A stretch of 64,000 bases of DNA from a virus. The notes beneath the pieces are model-generated. The model made no database searches, was not told where the DNA came from, and saw only the letters and a list, made by a program, of their open reading frames with translations. A program made the translations under genes and the position numbers. Of the stretch, positions 1-8,723 are shown piece after piece (positions within the stretch are counted from its first letter, which is position 1; each line of letters starts with the position of its first letter). The stretch lies in IMG/VR virus record IMGVR_UViG_3300009183_000003, positions 2,724-66,723 of that record; one strand, 5' to 3'.

Positions 1-654
1 TTAATTGCAGGGGGTGCTACATCAGCTATGTTTACATATAAAACTTCTGACTTATGTGCAGACACTTCTCAAACTATTGACACTTGGAGTACAACTCAAT
101 TCACAAGTACCAATGGTCCAACACATTACGGCTTTTTTATTCATTGTTTTGGAGCTAAAAGAGGTAACTCCGCTAATTCATCTGTTAGAAATAGTTTTAT
201 TTTTGCTATTGTGAGTGGTGCTTCATGGACTTTTGATATTGCTGGAGGTACTAATGGGCTTTGGAGTATAGCAACAGCGCAAAGAAGTATTTCAGGTTAT
301 ATTCAAAATTCAAGCAGTTCGCTTGTAAACGCTTACGCATACGATCCATTTAGTCAAGAAGGAGATGCTATTTATATGTTTAGCTCAGGTATTTTCTCCC
401 TTCAAAATAGTCATCAAATATTTAAAATAAATTTGATAAGAGGAATTATTAGTGGATATACACCTATTAAAGCACCATATGGTTATGTACAAAGCGGAGC
501 CTGGACTTCACAAAATACTTCACCAGCAAATAAAATGGGAACTATTTGTTATCAAGATGGAACTACAAGAATAACAGCTATTTATTGCCCAGCTTTTGGA
601 AGAAGCACAAATCCTTATCAAAGTGAATTTTTTGAATTATTAATATCAGTATAA
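1..654 (+). CDS. tail/fibre-associated protein, 5' truncated by the window edge
   Basis: Frame is open from base 1 (TTA ATT GCA...) through the ORF-track start at 28. S/T/G/aromatic-rich beta-type composition resembles the fibre genes at the other end of the window. Confidence 0.5.
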   Translation, partial: LIAGGATSAMFTYKTSDLCADTSQTIDTWSTTQFTSTNGPTHYGFFIHCFGAKRGNSANSSVRNSFIFAIVSGASWTFDIAGGTNGLWSIATAQRSISGYIQNSSSSLVNAYAYDPFSQEGDAIYMFSSGIFSLQNSHQIFKINLIRGIISGYTPIKAPYGYVQSGAWTSQNTSPANKMGTICYQDGTTRITAIYCPAFGRSTNPYQSEFFELLISV

Positions 655-655
655 G

Positions 656-919
656 ATGTATAAAGTATCACTAACAAACAAAACTTTCGTGGACGGTAAC
701 CAATTAGTGGTTACTGTTCAAAACCTAACTAAATACTTTGAATCATCTATAGATGCAAATAAGTATTCAATGTATCTTATTGAGGCAAAAAATATCCAAA
801 ACTTTATGCCTGACGTGGAATATTTTGAGCTAACACAGGACTTAGATGTTTCTGAGTTGAAGAAACAAGATGCTCTTAATAAGCTATCACCTGAGGAAAA
901 AATACTCTTGGGATTATAA
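656..919 (+). CDS. hypothetical protein, possible tail-fibre assembly chaperone
   Basis: 87 aa directly after a fibre-like gene; ends ...ALNKLSPEEKILLGL, a tail often seen in small fibre-associated proteins. Confidence 0.45.
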   Translation: MYKVSLTNKTFVDGNQLVVTVQNLTKYFESSIDANKYSMYLIEAKNIQNFMPDVEYFELTQDLDVSELKKQDALNKLSPEEKILLGL

Positions 920-940
920 AATCAAAATAACTAAATAAAC

Positions 941-1096
941 ATGAAGGACATTGTAATTACTCAAGAACAAATGAAGCAGTTGGATGCTTTTATTCAAGAA
1001 ATGCCTACGAAATTTGGATTGCCAATATTGAACTTTCTAAACGATATTGCTCAGAATCAGAACGCAAACGTATCGGTAGTGATTGAGGAAAAATAA
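941..1096 (+). CDS. small hypothetical protein (51 aa, MKDIVITQEQMKQLDAFIQEMPTKFGLPILNFL...)
   Basis: Translated by hand: ATG 941, TAA 1094-1096, A-rich leader; below the ORF-track cutoff. Confidence 0.65.
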   Translation: MKDIVITQEQMKQLDAFIQEMPTKFGLPILNFLNDIAQNQNANVSVVIEEK

Positions 1097-1107
1097 ATTT
1101 ATTAACA

Positions 1108-1140
1108 TTTGTAATTACAAAAGATTATTTTGTATATTTG
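1108..1140 (+). promoter_or_regulatory. Bacteroidota primary-sigma promoter (-33 TTTG / -7 TAnnTTTG)
   Basis: TTTG 1108-1111, 21-nt spacer, TATATTTG 1133-1140. Confidence 0.8.
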
Positions 1141-1144
1141 CAAT

Positions 1145-1222
1145 GTTCAATTGTTTCTCATAGATTTATTGATTATTTATTTAGGTTACAGATAAGGGGG
1201 AGCAATCCTCCTTATTTGTTTT
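1145..1222 (+). ncRNA. candidate small RNA 1 (promoter-to-terminator transcript, ~78 nt)
   Basis: Consensus promoter immediately upstream, U-rich body, 13-bp GCAA-capped hairpin 1189-1218 followed by TTTT. Confidence 0.5.
1189..1222 (+). terminator. intrinsic terminator
   Basis: CAGATAAGGGGGA-GCAA-TCCTCCTTATTTG then TTTT. Confidence 0.75.
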
Positions 1223-1235
1223 AAACACAACGCCT

Positions 1236-1655
1236 ATGAAATGCCAAGCCGAGGAGTGTTTTTGTACGGATTTTAACCGCACATTCTGTAAGAACTACAG
1301 AGAGGATGCGAAGCCTAAGTCTAAGGGCCTCAAGAGAACTGATTTCAAAAAGAAGTACAAGCCTACTGGAGAGATGGATCTCTTCAAACATCTATGGGAA
1401 AGTCGTAAGCATCGTTGTTATATCACAGGAAGAGAATTAAAGTTCTCTCCATCAATCTGCTTCCACATCCTGGGCAAGGGAGCCTTTCCTGCCTATCGGC
1501 TCAATCCCTCCAATATAATCTTTGTTAATGCTGAGTACCACACAGATTGGCACACCATGTCAAGAGAGAAACTATTACAAAAGGATAGGAGGTGGGAGTA
1601 CGTCTTTAAACTATACGAGATGCTCAAGATTGCGTATTACAGCGAAGGTTTATAG
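1236..1655 (+). CDS. HNH-like (beta-beta-alpha-Me) endonuclease, NinG-like
   Basis: CYITG...HILGKG.FP..RLNPSNI......HTDWH pattern. Confidence 0.6.
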   Translation: MKCQAEECFCTDFNRTFCKNYREDAKPKSKGLKRTDFKKKYKPTGEMDLFKHLWESRKHRCYITGRELKFSPSICFHILGKGAFPAYRLNPSNIIFVNAEYHTDWHTMSREKLLQKDRRWEYVFKLYEMLKIAYYSEGL

Positions 1656-1833
1656 TGTGGTTCTTGCATAGCCTAATCTGATTAGAGTCGAAGTGTTTTA
1701 TCTCTCCAGTCTCCTCCAAGGCCACAACCCACACGGTATTATTTTGCATTCCGTAGTCCATGAGGAATAGGGCAATTCCCTCACCTAACTCCGTCTCTAC
1801 CCAAAGCACTTGTTGTATTTCATGTATAATCAT
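1624..1833 (-). CDS. conserved-looking phage hypothetical protein (start revised to ATG 1833)
   Basis: MIIHEIQQVLWVETELGEG...DYG....WVV; ATG lies 5 nt from a -7 promoter element. Confidence 0.65.
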   Translation of the reverse strand: MIIHEIQQVLWVETELGEGIALFLMDYGMQNNTVWVVALEETGEIKHFDSNQIRLCKNHTINLRCNTQS

Positions 1834-1865
1834 CGTAACAAATTTAGTGTTATATTTGTTACATG
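1831..1865. promoter_or_regulatory. back-to-back divergent -7 promoter elements
   Basis: TAAATTTG on the minus strand (1839-1846) and TATATTTG on the plus strand (1851-1858), within an imperfect inverted repeat that includes both ATGs. Confidence 0.7.
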
Positions 1866-2153
1866 AGAAATTCATTAGCAGGTACTAAAAAAGGCAAGTC
1901 AGAGAGTGCTAAATACTTTCAATCGAATCCAAAGGCTAAGGCTAAAAAGGATGAGTACAACAAAGAATATCATTCTACTCCCGAGAGACGTAAGTATCGT
2001 TCAGAACTGAACAAGGAGAACCGCAAGGCTGGAACTTACGGAAACAAAGATGGTAAGGATCGTAGCCATACCAAGTCGGGCAAAACTGTTTCCGAAGGTC
2101 AGTCAAAAAATAGGGCTAGAAATGGGAAAGGCGGCACTCCACGTTTGAAGTAA
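1863..2153 (+). CDS. small highly basic protein, degenerate HNH-like
   Basis: K/R-rich; GKDRSH......S.NRARNG resembles a minimal HNH remnant. Confidence 0.55.
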   Translation: MRNSLAGTKKGKSESAKYFQSNPKAKAKKDEYNKEYHSTPERRKYRSELNKENRKAGTYGNKDGKDRSHTKSGKTVSEGQSKNRARNGKGGTPRLK

Positions 2154-2182
2154 CCGCCTTCGCTCAACAGTAAAAAAAAAAC

Positions 2183-2515
2183 TTACTCGAGAGGGATGAT
2201 AGTAACTTCCCAAAACTCTTTACCTCGTGGGACAATTAGTTTATAGAGATGAATCTCATAAACATCCTTGTCATTAAACTCATACTTCTTCTGCATGATG
2301 TCCAACACTAACTTAGTGGGGTTATCTACGTCCGATGCTTTGTTAGAAAAGCCATACCGTATATGAAGTGCTACCTTGCCTTGGGGAAACCGTAGCCGGG
2401 GCATCATCAACAGGCATGACTTTTCATAATTGTTATAATCGCTTGTCTTAAACCTTCTGCCTTGGAAGGCTTTGTTTATAGACAATGGTTTTATGTTAAC
2501 CTTTATTGTATTCAT
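2183..2515 (-). CDS. rusA: RusA-like Holliday junction resolvase
   Basis: KPLSIN..., SDVDNPTKLVLD, NDKDV acidic catalytic motifs. Confidence 0.85.
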   Translation of the reverse strand: MNTIKVNIKPLSINKAFQGRRFKTSDYNNYEKSCLLMMPRLRFPQGKVALHIRYGFSNKASDVDNPTKLVLDIMQKKYEFNDKDVYEIHLYKLIVPRGKEFWEVTIIPLE

Positions 2516-2822
2516 CTGTGTTCAAGAAAACATTTATAACCCTCTCTCTCATTTCCTGATCTTCTATAAATGATAACGCTTGAAACAAATGAGGTGTGGT
2601 TGTGTTCTCACTTGTAAATTTAATGAATGTTGGGTTAATTGCTTCAATATGTCCTTCATAATTTTCAATAAACGCAACGCTCTCTCCCGAAACAATTCCC
2701 CAGGCGTGAAAGTACCCTGCCTTTGAGTTGTTGAATGTTATAACCTGGTACTCTCCGTTCCACATATAACAAGCCCCGTCATCAATTTGGATATCGTTCC
2801 AATACCTAACCTTCCGTCTCAT
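2496..2822 (-). CDS. hypothetical protein
   Basis: 108-aa ORF tightly packed in the operon; GYFHAWG...AFIE...G motif. Confidence 0.6.
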   Translation of the reverse strand: MRRKVRYWNDIQIDDGACYMWNGEYQVITFNNSKAGYFHAWGIVSGESVAFIENYEGHIEAINPTFIKFTSENTTTPHLFQALSFIEDQEMRERVINVFLNTDEYNKG

Positions 2823-3072
2823 TGCCCATTATAAGTAGCACATCCGACTCCATTATATACCCAACCTTTACCCCTTTCTCGTCAAGATATACCGGAGTTT
2901 TCTCTCCAAAGCGGATGATGTCTCCAAGTTTTACCTCCTCAATCTCTGGCCCAACCTCAATAACTTTCCCCTCAATAACTTGTGTTCCTATGTGGGACAA
3001 GTCTAATAGGGTTGACTTAACGAGGTCTTGTGTGATTGGTAGAAATTTAATTCTGTCTGCTAGTGTTTTCAT
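2806..3072 (-). CDS. groES: co-chaperonin GroES (Cpn10)-like protein
   Basis: LADRI...GKVIEVGP....VKLGDII.F......YIMESDVL matches the Cpn10 pattern. Confidence 0.8.
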   Translation of the reverse strand: MKTLADRIKFLPITQDLVKSTLLDLSHIGTQVIEGKVIEVGPEIEEVKLGDIIRFGEKTPVYLDEKGVKVGYIMESDVLLIMGNETEG

Positions 3073-3077
3073 GTGTG

Positions 3078-3527
3078 TTAGTTTAAAAGTTTAACTGTAA
3101 GTAGAACGCCTCCAACGAAGGAGACTGGTATGCCTACAATGGTAAGTGTCTTCCATGTAGTTTTCTTTGCGTTAAGTGTCCAATAGGAACTCTCCAAATC
3201 CTCGTATTCTTTAACTCTCAAGTCGTACTGCATCTGCAAGGACTCGTACTGATTTGACTTAGCCTCGAAGGAGACCTTGTAGCCATCGGCAATTACATCT
3301 AGCGTAGACAATTGCTTCTCTAGGTTAGAAATCTTACTCAAGTGAGTATCGTACATGGAGTGGTAGAACCTCTCGGCTGCTGCTAACTTGTTAATGATTT
3401 TAATCTCAGCGTCCTTCAGGCAGGTCAAAGTATCCTTTTTTATCAAGATCCTTGAACTCTGTGAGGTTAGTTGAGAGAAGAGTTGATTGCTGACTAGGAG
3501 TAGCAAGATCAATATACCTTTTTTCAT
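3078..3527 (-). CDS. secreted/membrane coiled-coil protein, spanin-like
   Basis: N-terminal signal peptide (MKKGILILLLLVSNQLFS-Q), coiled-coil body, C-terminal TM; overlaps the upstream gene by 122 nt. Confidence 0.5.
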   Translation of the reverse strand: MKKGILILLLLVSNQLFSQLTSQSSRILIKKDTLTCLKDAEIKIINKLAAAERFYHSMYDTHLSKISNLEKQLSTLDVIADGYKVSFEAKSNQYESLQMQYDLRVKEYEDLESSYWTLNAKKTTWKTLTIVGIPVSFVGGVLLTVKLLN

Positions 3528-3786
3528 CTTTGTATTTGGTTTTAGTTTCTTTTGACTTGTTATCTATTACAACCACATCTTTCTTCAAATCTTTTAGAGT
3601 CTGCTGAAGTTGATTAATCTCCACCTGTTTGCTGTCAATAATCTTCTGCTGCTCTTCTATTTGTTTACGAAGAATAACGTGAGAATTGTTGTTACCCTCC
3701 ATTTTCTTGACACTAACAACGTGAATGGTGGCAAATAGGGTTAATATAATTACGGAAAGTGTTAAAAATTTGTGGTGATTTCTCAT
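3406..3786 (-). CDS. i-spanin (Rz)-like membrane-anchored coiled-coil protein
   Basis: Single N-terminal TM helix followed by a long heptad-rich segment. Confidence 0.5.
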   Translation of the reverse strand: MRNHHKFLTLSVIILTLFATIHVVSVKKMEGNNNSHVILRKQIEEQQKIIDSKQVEINQLQQTLKDLKKDVVVIDNKSKETKTKYKDEKRYIDLATPSQQSTLLSTNLTEFKDLDKKGYFDLPEGR

Positions 3787-3840
3787 GACAAATGTGTGTA
3801 AATAAAGATAATAATTAATACAGCAAGTGAGATATAAATC

Positions 3841-4215
3841 TCACCCTTCTGCTGTGGGTTCAGATTCCATCCCTTTCTGAAGTTTCTCTCTGTCTTCCAA
3901 AACTTTTTCATCTTTGTATTTTTTAATTAGTTGAACGATGTCGTAGTAAGAAAACCAGGGTAGTGTAGAAATCTCCTCTATTAACTCCTCAGCATCACCC
4001 ATTGCTCGTAGGTAGTAGTCACCACCCTCAAGGTCGAAGAGGGCGGTGGCTAATACTTTGTATCTCTGCTCGGCAGCTTTAACGAATTGGTTACCTTTCA
4101 TCTTTACCTCCTTCTCCCAAAAGGGTGGCCCTATTTGGTCGGAGATGTTTACAAATGCATTTGCGTGTAGCATGGATGCAATTATCTGATGCTTTTTGTG
4201 TTCGTCTAGAATCAT
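3841..4215 (-). CDS. hypothetical protein
   Basis: 124-aa ORF, ATGA-coupled to the exonuclease stop. Confidence 0.6.
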   Translation of the reverse strand: MILDEHKKHQIIASMLHANAFVNISDQIGPPFWEKEVKMKGNQFVKAAEQRYKVLATALFDLEGGDYYLRAMGDAEELIEEISTLPWFSYYDIVQLIKKYKDEKVLEDREKLQKGMESEPTAEG

Positions 4216-4895
4216 CGGTTGCCTAACTTTTCGATTAAAAATTGTTTGTATTTAACTGCCATTGCAATGGCGTTGTCTAATATTTCTTTTGAATCAGGTT
4301 GTAAATGTACAGGAATTATCGCTAACTTGTTCTTCCCATCCATTCTTGGATCGTAAGATATGAACATCCCCTCTTCCTTTCCTGCGACAACCATGTTCAT
4401 TTGCAACTGCCACCAGTAAGGTTTTCTCTGCTTGAACAGGTCATCCTCGTCAGCAATGAGAAGGTTTTGCACATGATTCTCGAAGTTGTATGGACACTTA
4501 ATCTCAATCACACCGAAGCGTGAGCAGATACCATCTGGAGAACCTCCTGCGTGGTCTCCGTAGGGGATAAACCCTACCGATTCGACACGAGACTCCATCA
4601 TCTCGGCATATAGATTACAAGCCTCAGCCTCATGTTCTACACCCCAGTCCGTAGCCGCAGAGTTAGTGGTCTGCTCTACACCAGCCATTTCCTCGGCAAC
4701 CTTACCCATGATATAAGTCTTGGTAGTCTCGGACAACTCTCCGTTATCTCTCGCTGCTTTAGTTTGAGGTTGAGTCATTAGTTTGTATATCTCTGATGCG
4801 GTGAACTTACCCACACGAGCGTTAAACCAAGCCTGTGAGCGTTGGTCAGACGCTTGTGCTTGTTCCTTTAGGATTTCGTTTAATAGATTACTCAT
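4212..4895 (-). CDS. YqaJ/lambda-exonuclease family 5'-3' exonuclease (start revised to ATG 4895)
   Basis: QRS.AWF..R.GKFTASE, WG.EHE, GGSPDG, IEIKCP, YWWQLQ motifs. Confidence 0.92.
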   Translation of the reverse strand: MSNLLNEILKEQAQASDQRSQAWFNARVGKFTASEIYKLMTQPQTKAARDNGELSETTKTYIMGKVAEEMAGVEQTTNSAATDWGVEHEAEACNLYAEMMESRVESVGFIPYGDHAGGSPDGICSRFGVIEIKCPYNFENHVQNLLIADEDDLFKQRKPYWWQLQMNMVVAGKEEGMFISYDPRMDGKNKLAIIPVHLQPDSKEILDNAIAMAVKYKQFLIEKLGNR

Positions 4896-5754
4896 TGTCC
4901 CCTCCTTTAACTTTCTTACGAGCCTTCTCAATAATCTCCTTCTTCTGCTCAGGATCAATCATTACCGACTCGTCTGATAGAGCAGTCTCAAGTTCTACCA
5001 CATTAATAGTCTTCTCAAGTAGGCGGTCAATCTGTTCCTCGCTCATCTTCACATACTCAACGGTCTTGTACTCCTCGTTGTCAATAGAGATAGCGGTGTT
5101 AACCTTCTCAATCTTATCCAATGCAAATGATGACTTAGGGATAGACTTCCAACCTCTCTTCACAACGGTCTTACGAGCCATCTCTGAGTAGTCAGTAGAC
5201 CATGGGCCAACATCCTTGCGGCCAGTCTCTGAACGATTCTTGATGGCATCGATTTGCGGCTTCCACATAATCTCGAACAACTTCTCATCGTTGTGTAGTA
5301 CAAAAATTGCGTATACAGCTAACACATCGCTGTGCTTGAAGGTCTCTCCCTTCGGCTTGTGGATAATCTCAGGACTTGTTCCTTGAATGAAGTCGAACTC
5401 ATCTCCTCGGTAAACCACGGCAGAAGATACAGCCTTGATAATTCCTGTGTCAGAGATAAGTTTAATCATCCCTTGGTAGCCCGGCATTAGTTTAGCATTG
5501 CCCTTGAAAGGAACTAGGTAAGCCAAGTTCATCACAGGGTTCAGAGACAACTTGGTCAATGCACAATTGTACACAGCCATTGCAACTGATTGTGGGTTAG
5601 AATTTGCCAACACTTGGTTGTTGTTAGCAGCTTGGATGGCGAAAGACATCTCTCTCATGAGGACTTCTTCTCCTCCCATCAGTTTAATCATTTCCTCTCT
5701 GCGAGGTTCGATGAACGGCATAACCGTCTTTGGTGAAATTGTTATGTTTGACAT
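4888..5754 (-). CDS. recT: RecT-family single-strand annealing recombinase
   Basis: LSLNP....AYLVPF...A.L.PGYQG, W.TDY.EMARKTVVKR; adjacent to the exonuclease. Confidence 0.92.
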   Translation of the reverse strand: MSNITISPKTVMPFIEPRREEMIKLMGGEEVLMREMSFAIQAANNNQVLANSNPQSVAMAVYNCALTKLSLNPVMNLAYLVPFKGNAKLMPGYQGMIKLISDTGIIKAVSSAVVYRGDEFDFIQGTSPEIIHKPKGETFKHSDVLAVYAIFVLHNDEKLFEIMWKPQIDAIKNRSETGRKDVGPWSTDYSEMARKTVVKRGWKSIPKSSFALDKIEKVNTAISIDNEEYKTVEYVKMSEEQIDRLLEKTINVVELETALSDESVMIDPEQKKEIIEKARKKVKGGDNE

Positions 5755-5797
5755 AATTTATAGGTTTTCTTTATTAATGTTTTGCGAATGTAACACA

Positions 5798-6088
5798 TTA
5801 TTCGAAACCCTCCAAAACTTTTTTTGTAAATTTTTCTAATGTTAATAAATAAGGTTCATGTTCGAGCTTTATATCTGTACCCCACTTGCTAAAAATCTGC
5901 TTGAGAATCTTCCTTCTCTCCCCTTGAGGAAAGCTCAAGAGAGCAAGGTCGAAGTATACATATGACTTTGGATCTTGTGGTATACCCAGAGAGATGCACA
6001 TCTTGTTCACCCTCTTGTGCATAGTGTCAAGGACAAGGTATGTGTCTGCCCTCTTTAAATACTTCTGACTACGAAAAGATTTTGCCAT
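5798..6088 (-). CDS. hypothetical protein
   Basis: 96-aa ORF in a co-directional run. Confidence 0.55.
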   Translation of the reverse strand: MAKSFRSQKYLKRADTYLVLDTMHKRVNKMCISLGIPQDPKSYVYFDLALLSFPQGERRKILKQIFSKWGTDIKLEHEPYLLTLEKFTKKVLEGFE

Positions 6089-6308
6089 TGTTTCTTGTGT
6101 CCGTTCTCTCTATAGATGACTTTATATTCTTCCAATCGACTAGGTCTTGTTCCTCAAAAATCATCCTGCCATGAAACAAGGACATCATCCTTTTGACCTT
6201 CAAGGGATCAAACTCTGGTCGGAATATCTTCAAGGCATTCCTCGGATTTATGTCCTTCTCGGCAAAATAAGTGAGCCAATTTGCTCTATACTTGTGCTTC
6301 GATTTCAT
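6069..6308 (-). CDS. hypothetical protein
   Basis: 79-aa ORF overlapping both neighbours by ~20 nt. Confidence 0.55.
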   Translation of the reverse strand: MKSKHKYRANWLTYFAEKDINPRNALKIFRPEFDPLKVKRMMSLFHGRMIFEEQDLVDWKNIKSSIERTDTRNNGKIFS

Positions 6309-6579
6309 GCTTTAGGCGTTCAATTTTCTCTCTCATTTCCTCCACCTCTTCACAATATAGTAGGATAGAATTGATGACCTTCATGACCTTGTCTCGGTCT
6401 CTGATAGGCTTCTTTCTACCCACAATGTCGCTCATCCAACGCTGCCCATTACCACACATATGGTTGATATAAGCCATGTTTAACACGTCTGCATGAGACC
6501 GGCACGTCTTAATAAAGGACATCAGTAGAGAATCTCCAATAACCTTTTTCTGTGGCTTATTATCTTGCGTGGTGTTCAA
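6286..6579 (-). CDS. hypothetical protein, possible HTH DNA-binding
   Basis: 97 aa, helical; preceded by TACATTTG on the minus strand at 6624-6631. Confidence 0.5.
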   Translation of the reverse strand: MNTTQDNKPQKKVIGDSLLMSFIKTCRSHADVLNMAYINHMCGNGQRWMSDIVGRKKPIRDRDKVMKVINSILLYCEEVEEMREKIERLKHEIEAQV

Positions 6580-6785
6580 ACTATTCTTGTGGTGTAAAAT
6601 GTGTGCGAGAAGTTTTTACAAACCAAATGTACTATAAAAGTCAGCAAAATCAAAACTCTGCACCGTCTGACCTGCTAGAGAAAGTGATAGTAAATTTTTT
6701 GGATTGGGGCGGTGATTCGGTGAAATTTGTACCAGACATCCCAAGATCCACTCAAACAAGCCCTAACTCATTGAAAACTAGGCAC

Positions 6786-6820
6786 AAAAAAAAAGGATGC
6801 TGAATTAACAACATCCTTTT
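6786..6820 (-). terminator. intrinsic terminator closing the early-gene block
   Basis: AAAAGGATG...CATCCTTTT stem with a long U tract on the minus strand. Confidence 0.75.
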
Positions 6821-6837
6821 AAGATTATCCATGTCTA

Positions 6838-6987
6838 TTATTGCAAGTTACCTATCAGATAGACTATTGGTAGTATCGTCATCGTGCCTAACATTAGTGG
6901 TGTTGAATTCGTCATATAGGAGACGAAGAACATAACTAAACAAAGTACACCCAGTATAGTTAAGATGATATCAATTGTCTTTCTCAT
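6838..6987 (-). CDS. small two-TM membrane protein (49 aa, MRKTIDIILTILGVLCLVMFF...)
   Basis: Translated by hand; ATGA overlap with the upstream stop; two hydrophobic segments. Confidence 0.6.
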   Translation of the reverse strand: MRKTIDIILTILGVLCLVMFFVSYMTNSTPLMLGTMTILPIVYLIGNLQ

Positions 6988-7232
6988 ATCTCGCCCCCCG
7001 ATAGTTTAGGAATCAACCCGAACTGATTCTTGTGTGTGAAGCATAGAACACCGACATCGTTTCCTTCCTCGTCTTGAGATGGATATATTTCTACTCCATC
7101 ATCCAAGGTGATAACGATTGTTCCGTAGTACCATCCGTTCATTTCGATTTCCTCTTTTGTCATAAACCTTACTGATTTGATGACCTTGCCTACTAACATT
7201 AGTTCGGCTTGTTTTGTCCAATAGTTTTTCAT
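6984..7232 (-). CDS. hypothetical early protein (start revised to ATG 7232)
   Basis: LVGK.I..VR.M..EE....GW......I.LDDG....PSQDEEGN..G motif typical of small phage early proteins. Confidence 0.7.
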   Translation of the reverse strand: MKNYWTKQAELMLVGKVIKSVRFMTKEEIEMNGWYYGTIVITLDDGVEIYPSQDEEGNDVGVLCFTHKNQFGLIPKLSGGEI

Positions 7233-7245
7233 AGTGTTTTTATTT

Positions 7246-7623
7246 TTATAATCCAAAGTAACCTTGTGATTCACAATTTTTTGAATCTTCTACATCTGCC
7301 CAGTTCAAAGATCCATCCTCTACGAATCTTGGAGCAATAGCAAATTCTCTATTTGGTTCGTTATGAGATAGCATCATTATACCCTTGAATCTATTTTCCC
7401 ATCCTTGAGACATGATGTGTTCGAATTTCGGATTGTCTTTGTTCAGTTCATAGACGGCATCGTAGAAATCTATTCCTCCGAATATACCGTATCCTTCGTA
7501 ATCATCTTCGATGAACTTGTCTCCGTTAGGCATTAGCATTGTTACTTTTAACGCTCCTCTGCTAGAGTATGTGTTACTGATTGAGCGATTCGTATCGCTA
7601 GTTTTCCAAGAAAAAAATCCCAT
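7246..7623 (-). CDS. hypothetical early protein
   Basis: MGFFSW.T.D...YEGYG.FGG.D.Y motif. Confidence 0.7.
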   Translation of the reverse strand: MGFFSWKTSDTNRSISNTYSSRGALKVTMLMPNGDKFIEDDYEGYGIFGGIDFYDAVYELNKDNPKFEHIMSQGWENRFKGIMMLSHNEPNREFAIAPRFVEDGSLNWADVEDSKNCESQGYFGL

Positions 7624-7644
7624 GTTATTTATTGTGTTAAGTTA

Positions 7645-7905
7645 TTATTTAAGGTCATTAATGAATTCTATATCCGATGGAGAATACTCTTGATGGTTGT
7701 CATAATTCCCATCCCAGTCTTCGCATATATCTTGCGGAATGTACCAAGATCCATCAAACAATTGCTCTACGGATATTTCTGCTTTGCCGAATGTCATCAA
7801 TTGCTCTAACATAGAATTACCAAATTCTCTTATCTCATTATCTGAATCTCCGAAATACCAATCAAGGAATCGAGATGCTTTTACTGAATTTACTTTTTTG
7901 CTCAT
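7645..7905 (-). CDS. acidic hypothetical early protein
   Basis: 86 aa, D/E-rich. Confidence 0.65.
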   Translation of the reverse strand: MSKKVNSVKASRFLDWYFGDSDNEIREFGNSMLEQLMTFGKAEISVEQLFDGSWYIPQDICEDWDGNYDNHQEYSPSDIEFINDLK

Positions 7906-7909
7906 AGTT

Positions 7910-8266
7910 TTAAATTTTAGTTGATTGGATTAATGTGTAATAGTTATCATAATATTCGTTGAACAAGTCTTGTGCATCTTCAGTATAGGTTAACACATCC
8001 GATTTCACATCCTTGTAAATTGTGATGCTATCTTCCCAGTTCTCTATTAGTTTAGTATGTGCTAATTCTGAAGCAAGTTCTACGGCATTGATTGTGATTT
8101 CATGTGCGTTTTCAATTTCGCCATAGGGAAAATCATTGTGTGAAATATGATTGCAATTTTTACAAAGGTCAGATCCATCTTCGGCATCAAAATCCATTTC
8201 ATTTGCAGGATAGTGTTCGTGACATGAATTGCATATGTACTTATTCTCTTCGATTTCTTTTTTCAT
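7910..8266 (-). CDS. acidic early protein with an N-terminal Zn finger
   Basis: CNSC...CKNC followed by an acidic helical domain. Confidence 0.65.
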   Translation of the reverse strand: MKKEIEENKYICNSCHEHYPANEMDFDAEDGSDLCKNCNHISHNDFPYGEIENAHEITINAVELASELAHTKLIENWEDSITIYKDVKSDVLTYTEDAQDLFNEYYDNYYTLIQSTKI

Positions 8267-8277
8267 TGTCTTATGTT

Positions 8278-8688
8278 TTAATTGTTTGGATTTAATGCGT
8301 TGCCCAGTATGTTGAAGAGAGATTCTTTATCGTCTTCCCTAGTCAGTTTCAACTTGATTACTCTCTCTGCATAGAAGATGTGATGACAATTGTATAGGTC
8401 AATTAAACCTTGTCTCCAAAGAGCGACATCGGGAATGGATGCTCTGAAGTAAAAACCGTTGACGTATTTGCAGAGGACATCCGTATGAATTGCTTCCTCG
8501 TCTATCTCGAAATCGTCTTGGTTATAGTCTGCTCCAATGTGAGCATTCAACGATGCTAGAAGTTCCTCCATTGAATCGAATTCCTCGTGTCTCTCAATTG
8601 AATGAGAATTAACTTCCTGAAGTTCTCCATGCTCATATGAATCTAGTGTAGTGATGCATGAATGTCTTGTGATTCTAAATTTTTCCAT
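8278..8688 (-). CDS. acidic hypothetical early protein
   Basis: 136-aa ORF, D/E-rich. Confidence 0.65.
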   Translation of the reverse strand: MEKFRITRHSCITTLDSYEHGELQEVNSHSIERHEEFDSMEELLASLNAHIGADYNQDDFEIDEEAIHTDVLCKYVNGFYFRASIPDVALWRQGLIDLYNCHHIFYAERVIKLKLTREDDKESLFNILGNALNPNN

Positions 8689-8723
8689 TTTTTCTAATTG
8701 TTTTATTGATTTAATTTTATTTT

